A stretch of DNA of 63,135 bases, filler included, from Reticulomyxa filosa (Eukaryota; Protista; Foraminifera): NCBI GenBank assembly GCA_000512085.1. It is 22 parts of 22 records of this genome, joined end to end, with 100 filler letters (N's around TTAATTAATTAA, not from the genome) between each part and the next. Parts side by side here need not be neighbours in the genome. Positions count along the whole stretch, not along the records: positions 49,797 to 50,868 come from ASPP01022935.1; positions 50,969 to 55,105 come from ASPP01011304.1; positions 55,206 to 57,266 come from ASPP01020056.1; positions 57,367 to 58,708 come from ASPP01003627.1; positions 58,809 to 59,808 come from ASPP01050208.1; positions 59,909 to 61,360 come from ASPP01024030.1; positions 61,461 to 63,135 come from ASPP01000563.1; 15 more parts are not named here. One strand, 5' to 3'. The position numbers were made by a program, and so were the translations under genes. The notes beneath the pieces are model-generated. The model ran no database searches and was not told the DNA's origin. It was given only the letters and a program-made list of their open reading frames with translations. Positions 49,797 through 61,826 of the stretch are shown piece by piece. How positions within the stretch are numbered: the stretch's first letter is position 1; each line of letters starts with the position of its first letter.

Positions 49797-50868
49797 TATT
49801 CAGTCAAGGGCTCATCATACTGTGGGGACAGGACAGTTCTGCCTTACGTGACGCTTCGAAATCCCAATGTCGGCACCACAGTCACAGTTGCCATCAATTG
49901 GCAAGGAGGTATTCCATGCTCATGGAAGTTGCAAATGCAATGTAGTACTATTCAATACCATTTACTTCCAGAAGAAGAAGAAAGTGATGTTAACAAGTTG
50001 GACAGCTTTGAGATCCATGACTTGTTCATCCGCTGTCCTGTCGACGTATTCAAAGCCACTTTCACATGGTCTATCACGTATGTGATTGGCTTTGTTATCA
50101 TATCTGTGACCATCTCCGTCTATGCAGACTACAAAAGCGAAGGTGCTGACATTAAGTGCGCCGCTCTGTCCAGCACAGTCAATCGCTGGTATTTCGAATC
50201 GAGATTCCGCCACCAATTCACGGCCAGCAACAGCATTCGAATGGAATTGTCCAGCGGCAATAACTGGAACCTCATGGTCTATCTTCAGGGAATGTCTTTT
50301 CCAAAGACAACATTGGGAGTTCCAATCAACACTCAAGACCTATCTCATTTTCCCAATTCATGATGCAACAAACCACATTTTAACACGTAAGACAATCTGT
50401 TTGTCACTTCAAAAAAAAAAGTTATATTTTGGAAATTAATAAATATAAATGAATGTATTTGTTTAACAAAAAAATTAAAGACTTGTTCTTCCGAAGGCAT
50501 TTTGCGAATACAATCGCCCATGTGTATTTGATGAAGGATCTTTGCTGTGTGGTATTATACATCAGCGTTTGCTATTGCAAGACGGGTTGAACACGACGAA
50601 AATCAGCAATGTCACATACAACAACACCGAGGCATTTAACTTCAAATCCACTGAACAGGTTTGGGTCGATCTCGTCAGTCCGGAGACTAGTCTCTGGCCC
50701 AGCAGACCAAGCAGGGCAATCTCGACTTCGACCAAACCCTGAGTGCCATTGCCAATTCTTTTGAGTGCTATTCTCCTTGGGCGGACAATCAATGCAACTG
50801 TTTGTGTGGGTTCGCAGTGAGTCGATGCGACAATGATAGATCCTTGCCAGAGTATAGTATTATCACTT
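49797..50868 (+). CDS. Fragment of unknown Cys-containing protein, possibly disrupted
   Basis: GC-richer coding-like blocks (ORFs 49848-50363 and 50542-50742) flank an AT-rich intron-like gap. Frames do not join cleanly. Confidence 0.3.
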
Positions 50869-50975
50869 NNNNNNNNNNNNNNNNNNNNNNNNNNNNNNNN
50901 NNNNNNNNNNNNTTAATTAATTAANNNNNNNNNNNNNNNNNNNNNNNNNNNNNNNNNNNNNNNNNNNNATATATG

Positions 50976-51027
<52 letters not shown>

Positions 51028-51048
51028 TATTAACACATATTCGAACAG

Positions 51049-52512
51049 AGCACGGGTTCAAAATCACCACAGTCGATGGAGAGAAAGAGCAAAACAAGAG
51101 TGGGGGTGGAGGAAGTGGAGATGGACGGCAGCGATCTGGACTGCGACTTGGTGATCAACGAGCTCAATACTGAATTGGAGTCCAAGATTTTACTCCATGC
51201 AAGAAAGCGTGTGAAAGAGCGCGAAGAAAAGTCACTCAAGAAATCGGCCAAAACAATGTTCGAGTCATTGTTTTCGTTTGGCTCTGCCTTTGACTCCAAA
51301 TCGCAAGATCACACAATGACCAAAGTCGACTCGTCGGGTCCAAGCGATTCTTTTTCCCTCAATCCGAAAAGGAATACGTTGTCGCAATCCCAGCCACAAT
51401 TGAAGAGATACTTGCATTCTCAATCTCGATCACAATCACAATCACAATCACAATCGCAATCGCAATCACAATCACAATCACAGTCACCATCATCATCACC
51501 GATCATGTCTTCCACACATCAATTCAACGAAATGGAAAATCTCGAACTGTGGAGACAGATCGTCAAAGACGTCCATCGCACTTTACAGCATCGCGAATTC
51601 TTTCGCAAGCATTACAACAAGCGTCTCCTCGCCAATGTGTTGTACATATGGGCCAGGTCCTCCAGTCGAGGCAAGGGCTATCTTCAGGGAATGAATGAAC
51701 TCGTTGCTGTCATCTTATGTGCGTTGTCCTATGACTATCTTCAATTTAAAGAATATCAAAACACGTATACCAATCTTTTGTTTTTTCTTTTGTTTTGTTT
51801 TGTTTACTAATTTCAGCAATGTCCAAGAGTTCAATATCGTCTATTCGTTTTTTTTTTTTTTTTGCAAAGGAATGACCCAGTACTGAAAGAATGCATTAAC
51901 CCACATTACATGGAACACGATATTTTTACATTATATTTTGGTAATCACTACAAATATATATATATATATATATATATGTATATGTATATGTATACATATA
52001 TATATATACATACATATATATATACATATACAGAATTGATGAAAGTAATACTGAACTTTTTTGATTCGGCTATTCCCCCTCGCCACGTAATGAAAAAGAA
52101 ATCGAAAATATGCCGGTTGAACCAAGGACTTTATGACAGTGGGTCGAACACGTCTTTGTACGTGAAACTGCATTACATTCAACACAAACTGTTGAAACAC
52201 TTTGATTTACAGATTTACTCGCACTTGGAAAGAATCGGGTTGCAACCTCAGTGGTATTTGCTGCGTTGGATTCGGGTCTTGTTTAGCCGTGAGTTTTTTA
52301 TGGGCCAAATTATCGAATTGTGGGACGAGTTGATTTCTTGTCCTTCTCTTGTCGAATTCGTCGATTATCTTTGTATTGCCATGATTTACAACGTGTTATT
52401 GTTTCTCTTATACATATATATGTACATATATGTATATGTATATACATATACGTATACGTATACATATATAACTGGTTTGTTCATACCTGCGTGCAACAAC
52501 GTACATATTTAA

Positions 52513-52547
<35 letters not shown>

Positions 52548-52822
52548 GAGATAAACTATTGGAAAGAGAAGACATATCGGCAATCACGGTGCTACAAAAC
52601 TATCCAAAGCACGAGACTGATGTTCAGACTCTGGCAGACACTGCTCGCAAAATTCAGCAAGGTTTGATCAGTCTCGAATTTGACAAGGGATTGCACGAAC
52701 AATTGTCCAAGAAACAAGCTCGCAATGTAGTGAAAAAAGCGCAGCTGTTGTTCAAAAAGGTCGACCAAAGTAGTTATCCCTGTCATAACAACAATAACAA
52801 TAACAATAATAATAACAATAAC

Positions 52823-52879
<57 letters not shown>

Positions 52880-53600
52880 GCTCCTGACAATAGTAATATC
52901 CATGGTGATGATACTGATGCTCAACGTGCATTGGAAAATAACATGCAACCAAATATTCATATCCCTGGCTTTTGTCGTCTCTCTCCTCAGGAAAAAATGT
53001 ACGCACAACAAGTACTCTTCAACGTATACCAGTATACGATGCCAGGACAAGGACCCATTCGTATGGGCTATTTGGCTAAACAAGATGTTCACAATGAGGC
53101 CTTTGGGGATCGTCCCTTGAAATTGCGATGGTTTGTTATCGAAAACGAGACATTGATTTATTTCAAAGTTAAGTTTAAGTTTAAGTTCAAATTCAAAGTT
53201 GCCAAGGGTTGGAAACGACCTTTTGAAATCAAAGACCTATTTTGCTATACACTTTTTCATTTGCTTTTGATAATTTTTCCGACAAACAGAATTTGAAAGC
53301 ATACCAAAATAAAGAAAAGGCTTCGCGGGATCCAATTCATTTGAGAGGTAGAGCCATCCGTGCAATTGAAAAAGATTTACTGTGCTTTGAAGTGTCTGGA
53401 TTAGAGTTTAGTCCAATTGTAAAACATCTTCTCTGTTTTTTTAATTTAAAAAAAAAACAACTATTTATTTATGTTTCATTGTTTGTCATAGGACTTCAAA
53501 AAGGGCTTATCTGCTATTCGCTGCAAATTTTGAAGATTTTGTGTTGTGGTTGCATGCGTTAATGTATTGTGCAGATAAGAAACTGGAGGACATGATGTAA
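51049..53600 (+). CDS. TBC-domain RabGAP (TBC1D5-like) with C-terminal PH domain, 5'-partial
   Basis: TBC motifs: IVKDVHRT (IxxDxxRT), YLQGMNEL (YxQG), 'EHDIF', 'LRWIRVLFSREF...LWD', 'LQNYP'. PH motifs: 'RMGYLAKQ...LRWFVIENETLIYFK' ... 'YLLFAANFEDFVLWLHAL'. Stop TAA 53598-53600. Confidence 0.88.
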
Positions 53601-54526
53601 AAACTTGCAAAATTAATTATTTATTATTATTATCAGTCGGTTTACATCTTTCACTTAACATTTAATTTGTTCACATTTTTGTATTGACAAAAACGAATGC
53701 TTTGCAGGGTCTTGGAGTTCAACGTTTTTTTTTTTGTAAATATTTATGAATACTGAGTTTGCTGGATTGTAATTAGTGAAAAAATATTGTAACTTATCAA
53801 TTAAAAAGTCCCATCCCTTTGACGATTTTTCTAACGAGGTACAACAAAAAAAATAAAGAGTGGGAAGGTATTCAATGTAATATGGATATTGTCGTTTCAT
53901 TATATTATCCGTTCTTTCCTTCAACAGATTGGCAATCATTTTGCATATAATGCTATTGTTAGTGTTTAGAAAAAAAATAATATTCATCAATAAAATATGT
54001 TATATTATTTTTCAATCTACAACAATGATAAATTTAAAAATTTTAATTCGCTTGATGATATACTCTAAACTGAAAAAACTTATTGAAAAATTGTTTTACT
54101 ATAATTCAAAAAGAAATTTAAAAAAAACCGTTGAACTTATTTACTAATCCATGCAGAATAATAACAAAAGCATCGAAATAATTAATGTAAATTGAATCCA
54201 CCAGATCATAATGAAGCTCTGATAAAGTCATTTTAATAATCTAGAAGAAGCTATTCCAATCGCTTACAAATAAAAAGATCTCCTTAATTTCCCGAGTTAC
54301 TTATGGATCACTATCGTAAGTTTCATATCACACTAAATATTTTGCATGTGAACAAACTTTGCTTTCACCATTAATATATGTGCCGTAAGGAAAAGAGTAA
54401 AATGGCCAGAATTACTTCTGTCCAGCATATAAAAAAAAATTTTCAAAAATAGATGTTATCGGTGCTGATGTTTAAGTAGCGGGGGGGGGGACGTGCCAGG
54501 AGTGGGAAAAAAACTCGAAATTAATC

Positions 54527-54993
54527 ATGGCCGAAGCTGCAAATCAAAGAGATCCTAATGAAGCACAAGAGGGACAGGGAGGATTTTTGGGAAATTTCGT
54601 CCGTATAACGATGATTTACGTTGGTTTTCGATACTTCATGCAAACGTTTGGGGGAAACACCAATCAAGGAACTGCTGTTACAGCGAATCCAAACGAGTAC
54701 ATAGCAACAAAGCCACACGCTAATATGTGGCCACAGGAGGCAAGATATAACATCAGGCTAAGTTTCCCTCTTTGCAAATAGTACAAAGTAGAAAAGAGAA
54801 AGGGGTCATCATCGCCGAACAAAAAAAAAAAAAAAAAAAACAGGGTTCACCTAAGTGAATCAAGAGAAGACTTTATACCTGATGATACTTCGCTTGTCTG
54901 GCAGCAAAACATGTTGACCTACAGTCCTACCGCATCTCAATATTTCGAAAAAGATTTGAATTTCACGTTGACTCCTACATTGCAAAAAAATGG
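54527..54993 (+). CDS. CLPTM1: CLPTM1-family membrane protein (lipid scramblase-like), 5' part
   Basis: N-terminal TM 'FVRITMIYVGFRYF', then 'NMWPQEARYNIR|VHLSESREDF...LVWQQNMLTY...LTPTLQKNG', matching the CLPTM1 'Nl.p....dl.vy.Se......l.W....l.Y...p..vq.NG' pattern. Confidence 0.8.
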
Positions 54994-55066
54994 GTAAGTC
55001 TTTATTTATTTATTTTTTAAAAAAATTGACACGCTATTTCGCAACACATTATAATAACAATTAAAC

Positions 55067-55105
<39 letters not shown>

Positions 55106-55689
55106 NNNNNNNNNNNNNNNNNNNNNNNNNNNNNNNNNNNNNNNNNNNNTTAATTAATTAANNNNNNNNNNNNNNNNNNNNNNNNNNNNNNNNNNNNNNN
55201 NNNNNACTTTTATTCGCAAGTGATAATCTTCTAACACAATTTTTGCTATCTTTCATTACAAATTCTTTAAAAAAGCGTTTTAAATGCTATGCGGCTAGCC
55301 TTTTACTAACTTAAAAAGTAATCACAAGTTGTGCAGAGTGAATATGTCATTTTTAATTCACCGTTTTCTCTTTCACCAAAAAGTAAACAAAAAAACAATG
55401 CACAAATCATAAAATTTGCAACTAACAAAAAAACAGTATATTTATAAGCTTTGAAAATAAAAAATAATTAAAAACAAAAATTGATTTGTAATAATCTTAA
55501 AGCACGTAAACAAAGCTTTAGATTATTTGTAATTTCTACAGTATATTTTTAAAAAATATTACTATTACTATTTTAGGACAAATTGACAATAATTGCAAAA
55601 TAAAAATATAATTAACGCATTGTAAAACAAATAACAGATAAAAAAAGCAAAACTTATAATAAATACAAAATTAAATATTGACAACAATC

Positions 55690-56243
55690 AGCGTGCAAGT
55701 ACTATCGTCCAAATCCGAACAAAGTCATTGTTCAAAGAAGGAAATGAAAAAACGCTTCAAGAAGGAGATTACGTTTTGTTACATTCCGGCGAAGAAGGGA
55801 TTATTTAGCAAACAGGTAAGGGGATTCTTATTGTCACATTGATCGAAGAGAAAAAACTCAAATCAATCAAACTGGCCGACGTGAAGCAAAACTTGGGCAA
55901 ATATCAAACATCATTGCAACAGGAATTACTGAAACATATAAAGGTCGATGACCATGTAAGATTGATGGGAGCACGAACTGGCAAGATAAAGTATATTGCC
56001 CTGTGGATGACGAATTTTGACATGATTGATATCGAAATGGAATCATGGAATCCCAGCGGACACAATGGCAAGGATCTTTTTACCGCCGCTGACGATCACG
56101 GGTATTTTGCAAAGCTCTCCGAAATTTCCGAAATCATTAAGCAGACCGCCAGCTTAGAGCAATCACAAATCCAACTACAGCGACATAAGCAAATCCTTAG
56201 TCTGCAACAATTATATAATTCAAATGTTGATCAAGTTATGTAA
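55690..56243 (+). pseudogene. Divergent CAP-Gly-like domain gene fragment
   Basis: 'IKVDDHVRLMGARTGKIKYIA...IDIEMESWNPSGHNGKDLFTAADDHGYFAK' follows the CAP-Gly pattern (vGdrV...G.v.yiG...GvelD...hdG...yF.....GlF). Confidence 0.55.
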
Positions 56244-56329
56244 AAAAAATGTCATTGACCAACAAATCAGTCAATGTAATATTATCAAAATCAACTTATT
56301 GCACACCAAACAGCTTGCTTAACAAATGC

Positions 56330-57266
56330 AAACATTCTTAAACATTAAACCTTGCCCATTTTGGTTTGTCCATTGAATGTTCCGTCGTTGGCATTGGGAT
56401 TCCACGTGTGCAAACTCTAGCTCCAATGAGAGGCTTCGATCACTCGAGTCGTTGCCGGCCATTTGACTGTGCCGTCCGTGGCATTGGCCGAAAAATCATC
56501 CAACACGAGCCCGACCCATGTCCCTTTGGCAAACTCCGTGGTAAAACACTTTTTGCCATTTACATTCTCATCACCTCCATTGAGCCACCAATGTTGCAAT
56601 TTCAATTCAATAATTTCGCTGTCGCTGATTACAAGTTTAGTTCGGACAATTGTGGGAACACTTTGTGAATGTCTTTCGTCGTTACAAACAGTCCATGGCC
56701 ATGTCTAGTCGAAAACTTGCCTTTGCTATCATGGCCTTGAGAAAGTGATTCCAATGTTTTCATTGTTATTGATTCCATTTTGTGAATATATCAAACCATT
56801 CCTTTCATATATGTATATATGTATACGTATACATGTATTATATGTGTACATATTTTTGTTATTTATTCATTTGAAAAAACAAAATAAAATTATAAATTAT
56901 GAATGATAAATTATTATTAAAATAAACCTGTTCGTCCTGCAACTATGTCAACACGATCATCCACTTGTAATTTTTCAAACTTTTTACTCAATTCATCCTC
57001 TTCCATGTCGATCCTGTTGCCCGTTCGTGGATGGTACTCTTCGTTCAACAGATAATACAGGTCGAAATACTTTTAGGTTGGAAGGGACCTTCAAGACCTT
57101 GCCAGATCATCGACGGTTCATTCATGTCATTGTTGTCTGCAGGTGTGCTGTCGTCGTCAAGGTCAGTGAGTTAACGATTGTGAGTGGTGGAATGACCTTT
57201 TGCGATTTGGTCCAATGCAACTTCATTTACAAATTCATTTGAAAATATATGCGAAGGGGCCTGTTC
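56330..57266 (-). pseudogene. Degenerate multi-CAP-Gly gene
   Basis: 'EFAKGTWVGLVLDDFSANATDGTV', 'IELKLQHWWLNGGDENVNGKKCFTT' and 'KLQVDDRVDIVAGRT' occur with stops and deletions between them. Confidence 0.6.
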
Positions 57267-57399
57267 NNNNNNNNNNNNNNNNNNNNNNNNNNNNNNNNNN
57301 NNNNNNNNNNTTAATTAATTAANNNNNNNNNNNNNNNNNNNNNNNNNNNNNNNNNNNNNNNNNNNNATATATATATATATAATAAAGCAATAACATAAT

Positions 57400-58618
57400 A
57401 GGTTAGAAGTTCCATTCAGACATTGGCCACAACGATCGACAATATAACCTCCATCGCAAACACCATTACAATCTTTGCCATATGTGTCGAAGTTGGGCAA
57501 GGAGGCATTCATGCAATGATTGCAAGGATTGTATTGTTTGCCACTATTGACCACCCCATCGCAGCCAACGCACGAGTCCCAGGAGGGGTCACTTTGACTG
57601 AGACACTGTCCGCAGGAATCGATAGCATGTTGTCCGTTGCACGTGTCATTGCAATCCCTCCCGTATGTGGCAAAGTTGGACGAGTTATTCTGCAAACAAA
57701 AGCCACAAGGATTGATTTTCTTCCCACTGAAAGCCACTCCGTCGCATCCTACACAATCGTCAAACGATTCATCGTCAGACGGCAGACATTGTCCACACTT
57801 ATCTTTGCGCCACGTGCCATAGCAAATGCCTCTGCAATCTTTGTTGGACGAAGTGCAGTTGTAGTTCACCGTCGGTGCGGGCGTGTAATGGCATTGTTGC
57901 GGATCCGAACCTTCCACGAATCCCGCACAAATTGCACTCAGCACCGTGCATCCCTGCGGATCGATTTCTTCACAATCGATATTCCCGTGCACCAATATCG
58001 AGTTCACAATTATCGACGGCAATGCGTAAATGCCTTTTCCACCGAAATATATACACATATATTAAAAAACACATACATACATACATCACATATTGTAATA
58101 TCCTTTTTTTAAAAAAGGCGAATGAAACAACAGACACAAACAAACACTACATACCAAGTGTTTCACGAAGTCTGGTCTCAGATTCCAATATGGTATTGAC
58201 TCCTCCTTGGTAGCTAGATCCTCCTGACTGCGTCACGCATTGCTGCACCCATGAAGACAGTGTCGAGTTCAACTGGTTCATTTGCTGGTAACTGCACGAG
58301 GCCGTAAACGTGCTCACTTGATTGCCCATTTGCCAGCAGTTTTTATTCCATAAATTCTCATAGTCCCACCAAATCGATTCATTTTGTCTTAGTGTTTCAA
58401 TAAATCTGTTTTTTTTTTTTTTTTTTAGTTGTTTGATTTTGTCTCTTGGCCTTGGTACAATACATGCACACATATGTACATATATGTGTATGTATAAAAA
58501 TACTGGGTATGAATCAGTTGTATTAATTGTTGATGTGATTTATGTAACTTCCACACGCAAGCACTTCGTAAATTTTCTTGAACAACATCCATCCCATTCA
58601 GTCCTGTTCCTAAATCAT
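57400..58618 (-). CDS. Vacuolar sorting receptor (VSR/BP-80) homolog, internal fragment, followed by Cys-rich DCxGxCxG...DxCGxC repeats
   Basis: 'GMDVVQENLRSACVWK', 'WWDY', 'NTILESE..LRETL|GIYALPSIIVN..LVHGNI' and 'VLSAICAGFVEGSDPQQC' match the VSR thioredoxin-like domain. Three exons with GT-AG introns. Confidence 0.8.
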
Positions 58619-58808
58619 CTGTTTTCTCACAGTTCATTAATCAAAAAACCGTTCTTTAACTTATTTGTGTGTACGTATACACACAAATACACGTAAATGC
58701 ATCAAACANNNNNNNNNNNNNNNNNNNNNNNNNNNNNNNNNNNNNNNNNNNNTTAATTAATTAANNNNNNNNNNNNNNNNNNNNNNNNNNNNNNNNNNNN
58801 NNNNNNNN

Positions 58809-59040
58809 TAATGTTTTTTTATTATTTTTTTAATGTTTTTAAATTATTTTTTTAATGTTTTTAAATTATTTTTTAATGTTTTTTTATGTTTTTAAATGTT
58901 TTTTTAATGTTTTTTTAATGTTTTTTTAATGTTTTTTTAATGTTTTAAAAATGTTTTAAAAATGTTTTAAAAATGTTTTAAAAATGTTTTTAAATGTTTT
59001 TTTAATGTTTTTTTAATGTTTTTTTAATGTAATTTTAATG
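58809..59040. repeat. AT-rich ~11-bp tandem repeat (TAATGTTTTTT / AAATGTTTTAA variants)
   Basis: About 20 directly visible copies at the contig start. Confidence 0.85.
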
Positions 59041-59423
59041 TGTTTAGTTTACAAAATTTTTGTATCAGTTTTTGCTAATTAGAGATTTTTTTTACGATAG
59101 TCATATCAATAAAAAAATTTGTATTTTCTAGAAAGAATTGTGTTTGATGATGGTTAGTCTGAAATTGTGAAAAAAATAGTGCTCAATTGTCCTTCAAACA
59201 GGATGTTTCAAGCCAAACAAGCAATTTCAAAAAATGAAGCAAATAATGCAAATCCCACCTTTATACCTTTTAGTTTTGACTCAATGAAGGAACAAGAAAC
59301 AACAAGTAAAAAAATAAAAATACTTTTTTTTGTTTTTATTTTGAAATTAAAGTTGGCTTGCTCATAAAGGTTTGAACGTCCAATTTTTGTTTGTTGTAGA
59401 ATAGTAATAGTAGTTTGGGTCGT

Positions 59424-59808
59424 CTATCTGCTAACCATTTGCAGTACTCCGGCAGCCACCAACAATTCGATTTTTTCGGCAATTCTTGGTTTGTCTCGCA
59501 TAGCACGGAAGAGAATGCTTTGATCACCGCTTTGAGCTTGAAGTAGAACACTTGAAACTTCAGGATCATTCATTGCGGATTTAATATCAGGATCTTCCAA
59601 TACTCTTTGTCTTGCTGCATCATCCACTTCACCGCTCATGTTGCGTTCTTGAATGGCACGCATTGTCTAGTGAAGCAGCACATATAATTATAAACGACAA
59701 ACAAACAAAGCAAACAAATAAAACAAACAAACATCTTGTTTAGCAGCCTTCAAATCAGAATTATTGGCATCAATTTCGGCGGCCTTTCGATAGCAAAGTA
59801 AAGACTTG
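59424..59808 (-). CDS. STI1: Hsp70/Hsp90 organising protein STI1/HOP, 3' end (last TPR + DP2)
   Basis: 'CYRKAAEIDANNSDLK' | intron | '...QRVLEDPDIKSAMNDPEVSSVLLQAQS...AMRDKPRIAEKIELLVAAGVLQM' is the DP2/STI1 domain. Confidence 0.88.
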
Positions 59809-60023
59809 NNNNNNNNNNNNNNNNNNNNNNNNNNNNNNNNNNNNNNNNNNNNTTAATTAATTAANNNNNNNNNNNNNNNNNNNNNNNNNNNNNNNNNNNN
59901 NNNNNNNNCACACACACACACACTATGTCGACATTTTATTTATTTATTTATTCCTCACCTCAATAACATACATTACATACATACATGCAATGTATTAATA
60001 AAAAAGAGGTTGAATCACACAAC

Positions 60024-60293
60024 AAACTTTGCTCCAGTATTATTTGGATACTTGGGCTGATCGATTGCGATGAAGATGCAGTTTAGAATAATGATGAGCA
60101 AAATAATGTGATCAAACCATGTTTGATTGACGACAGATACACGAAGCCAATGACGCATCCAATGGATTGTAACACAAAAAGGTCTTTGATCGCACCACGT
60201 GACGACTTTGTCCACACTACTTTCAAGACGAGATCTATTACACCACTCACTGCAGTCGCAATTGCAAGTGCATTTACGACTACAATTATTGTT

Positions 60294-60326
<33 letters not shown>

Positions 60327-61195
60327 GCCGTCATTGTCCTCGATATCCTCGTCGCTTCCTTCATCATCGCCATCCTTTTTATGATTGTCATTAGTCCCAT
60401 CGTCGTCAGAATGTCCCCCGCTTTTGCGGCGCCGATTTCGTTTGTGTGCGTCCACACTCGAGTCTCGGATCACAATGCTGAATTGCGAGGACTGCGAGTT
60501 TCTTTTGTTGGGCCCATTTGCAAGCACATCAAAGTGGGATGAGTCCTTTCTCAGTGCTGTTTGTTGAATGCTGTGTTGCAGTTTTTCCGAGTGGATCGAG
60601 TGTAACACTGGTCTTTGACTTTGAAGTTGTATCTGTCGTTGCATATTGTCACCCGTACTATTGTTATCCTTGTTATCATTGTCATCATTATGATCAGCTG
60701 TGGTATTTTTTTCAATATTATTATTATTATTATTATTATTACTATTATTATTGTTATTATTATCATTATTATTATTATTATTATTATTGCTATTATTTTT
60801 TTTATCATTGTTATTGTTTGCATGATTGGGACTATTGCCACTATCGCTACTATTGGATAACTCATCTTCTCCAGCACTGCTTGGCTCCTCTTTTTTCAAT
60901 CGCTTGCTTTTGTTGTCATCACTTTGTGCATCGTGATCCATCAGCTCGATTTCATTGAACGCAGACTTGATCTTCCTCTCGAAAGCGCTCATTGGATTGT
61001 CATGGTTGTCCGGCCCGGTCACGACCACGGCCATGTGTTTCTCCTTGTCGGTTGGGACCCACAACGGCGGGGCCTGCTCTCTCTGACTGTTGCTAGTGTA
61101 CGCCGTTCTTAAATGATCACTCCAGGACAGTTCGTGTGTTCCTTCTAATACCGGTTCTGTCGTCATCATTTCCCTGGTTGCTTTTAGTGGTCCAT
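60024..61195 (-). CDS. Internal exon of a voltage-gated Ca2+/Na+ (four-domain type) channel: long cytosolic linker plus an S1 helix
   Basis: 'RHWLRVSVVNQTWFDHIILLIIILNCIFIAIDQP' is the typical pre-S1/S1 motif (WFD.fIl..IllNci.lA...P), following a poly-N/D linker. Confidence 0.75.
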
Positions 61196-61316
61196 CTATT
61201 TTATTGTGTACAAATAGGTTTAATTGTTCAGTCAAAATGATGGATACACATTTTTTGTTGGTATGTGTGAGAGAGAGAGAAGAGAGGAAGGAAAGAAAAA
61301 AAAAAAGAGTTCGTTC

Positions 61317-61355
<39 letters not shown>

Positions 61356-61826
61356 GGGGGNNNNNNNNNNNNNNNNNNNNNNNNNNNNNNNNNNNNNNNN
61401 NNNNTTAATTAATTAANNNNNNNNNNNNNNNNNNNNNNNNNNNNNNNNNNNNNNNNNNNNCAGGTTCCTTCAACGTTCAGATAGTTATAGGGCCTTGCCC
61501 TACATACGTAACAATGTCCGTTGTAACTTGTTAGCCGCGGATGTGCTCTATAATGTGTTACGTAACTTTTATTATACAGTAAATTACAATATAGCTCAAA
61601 TAATTTATGCAAAGGTTTCGCTTTTGGGTCATATTTAATACAAATTAAACTAAATTAAACGCTAAAAAAATTAAATCAGTAAAACAGGAAACTGATTCAA
61701 TTAATTTAAGAATTTTGACTTGAAAATTAGTTTTTGGATTACTTTAGTGGTGCAATCGGTCAACTAAGTTTTGCAAAGTACTGTTTAAAAGGGACTTGGC
61801 TGTGTGCTTCATATAAAGCAGGTGAA

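Noticed and set aside
58809-59040. Telomeric repeat
   Set aside because: The units are irregular, lack G-clusters and do not resemble telomerase-type repeats.
7794-61460. TTAATTAATTAA as a biological repeat, or gene clusters spanning linkers (e.g. the array next to virB6/IS)
   Set aside because: It is an artificial six-frame-stop linker. Neighbouring contigs are not physically linked, so the array-virB6 adjacency is coincidental.
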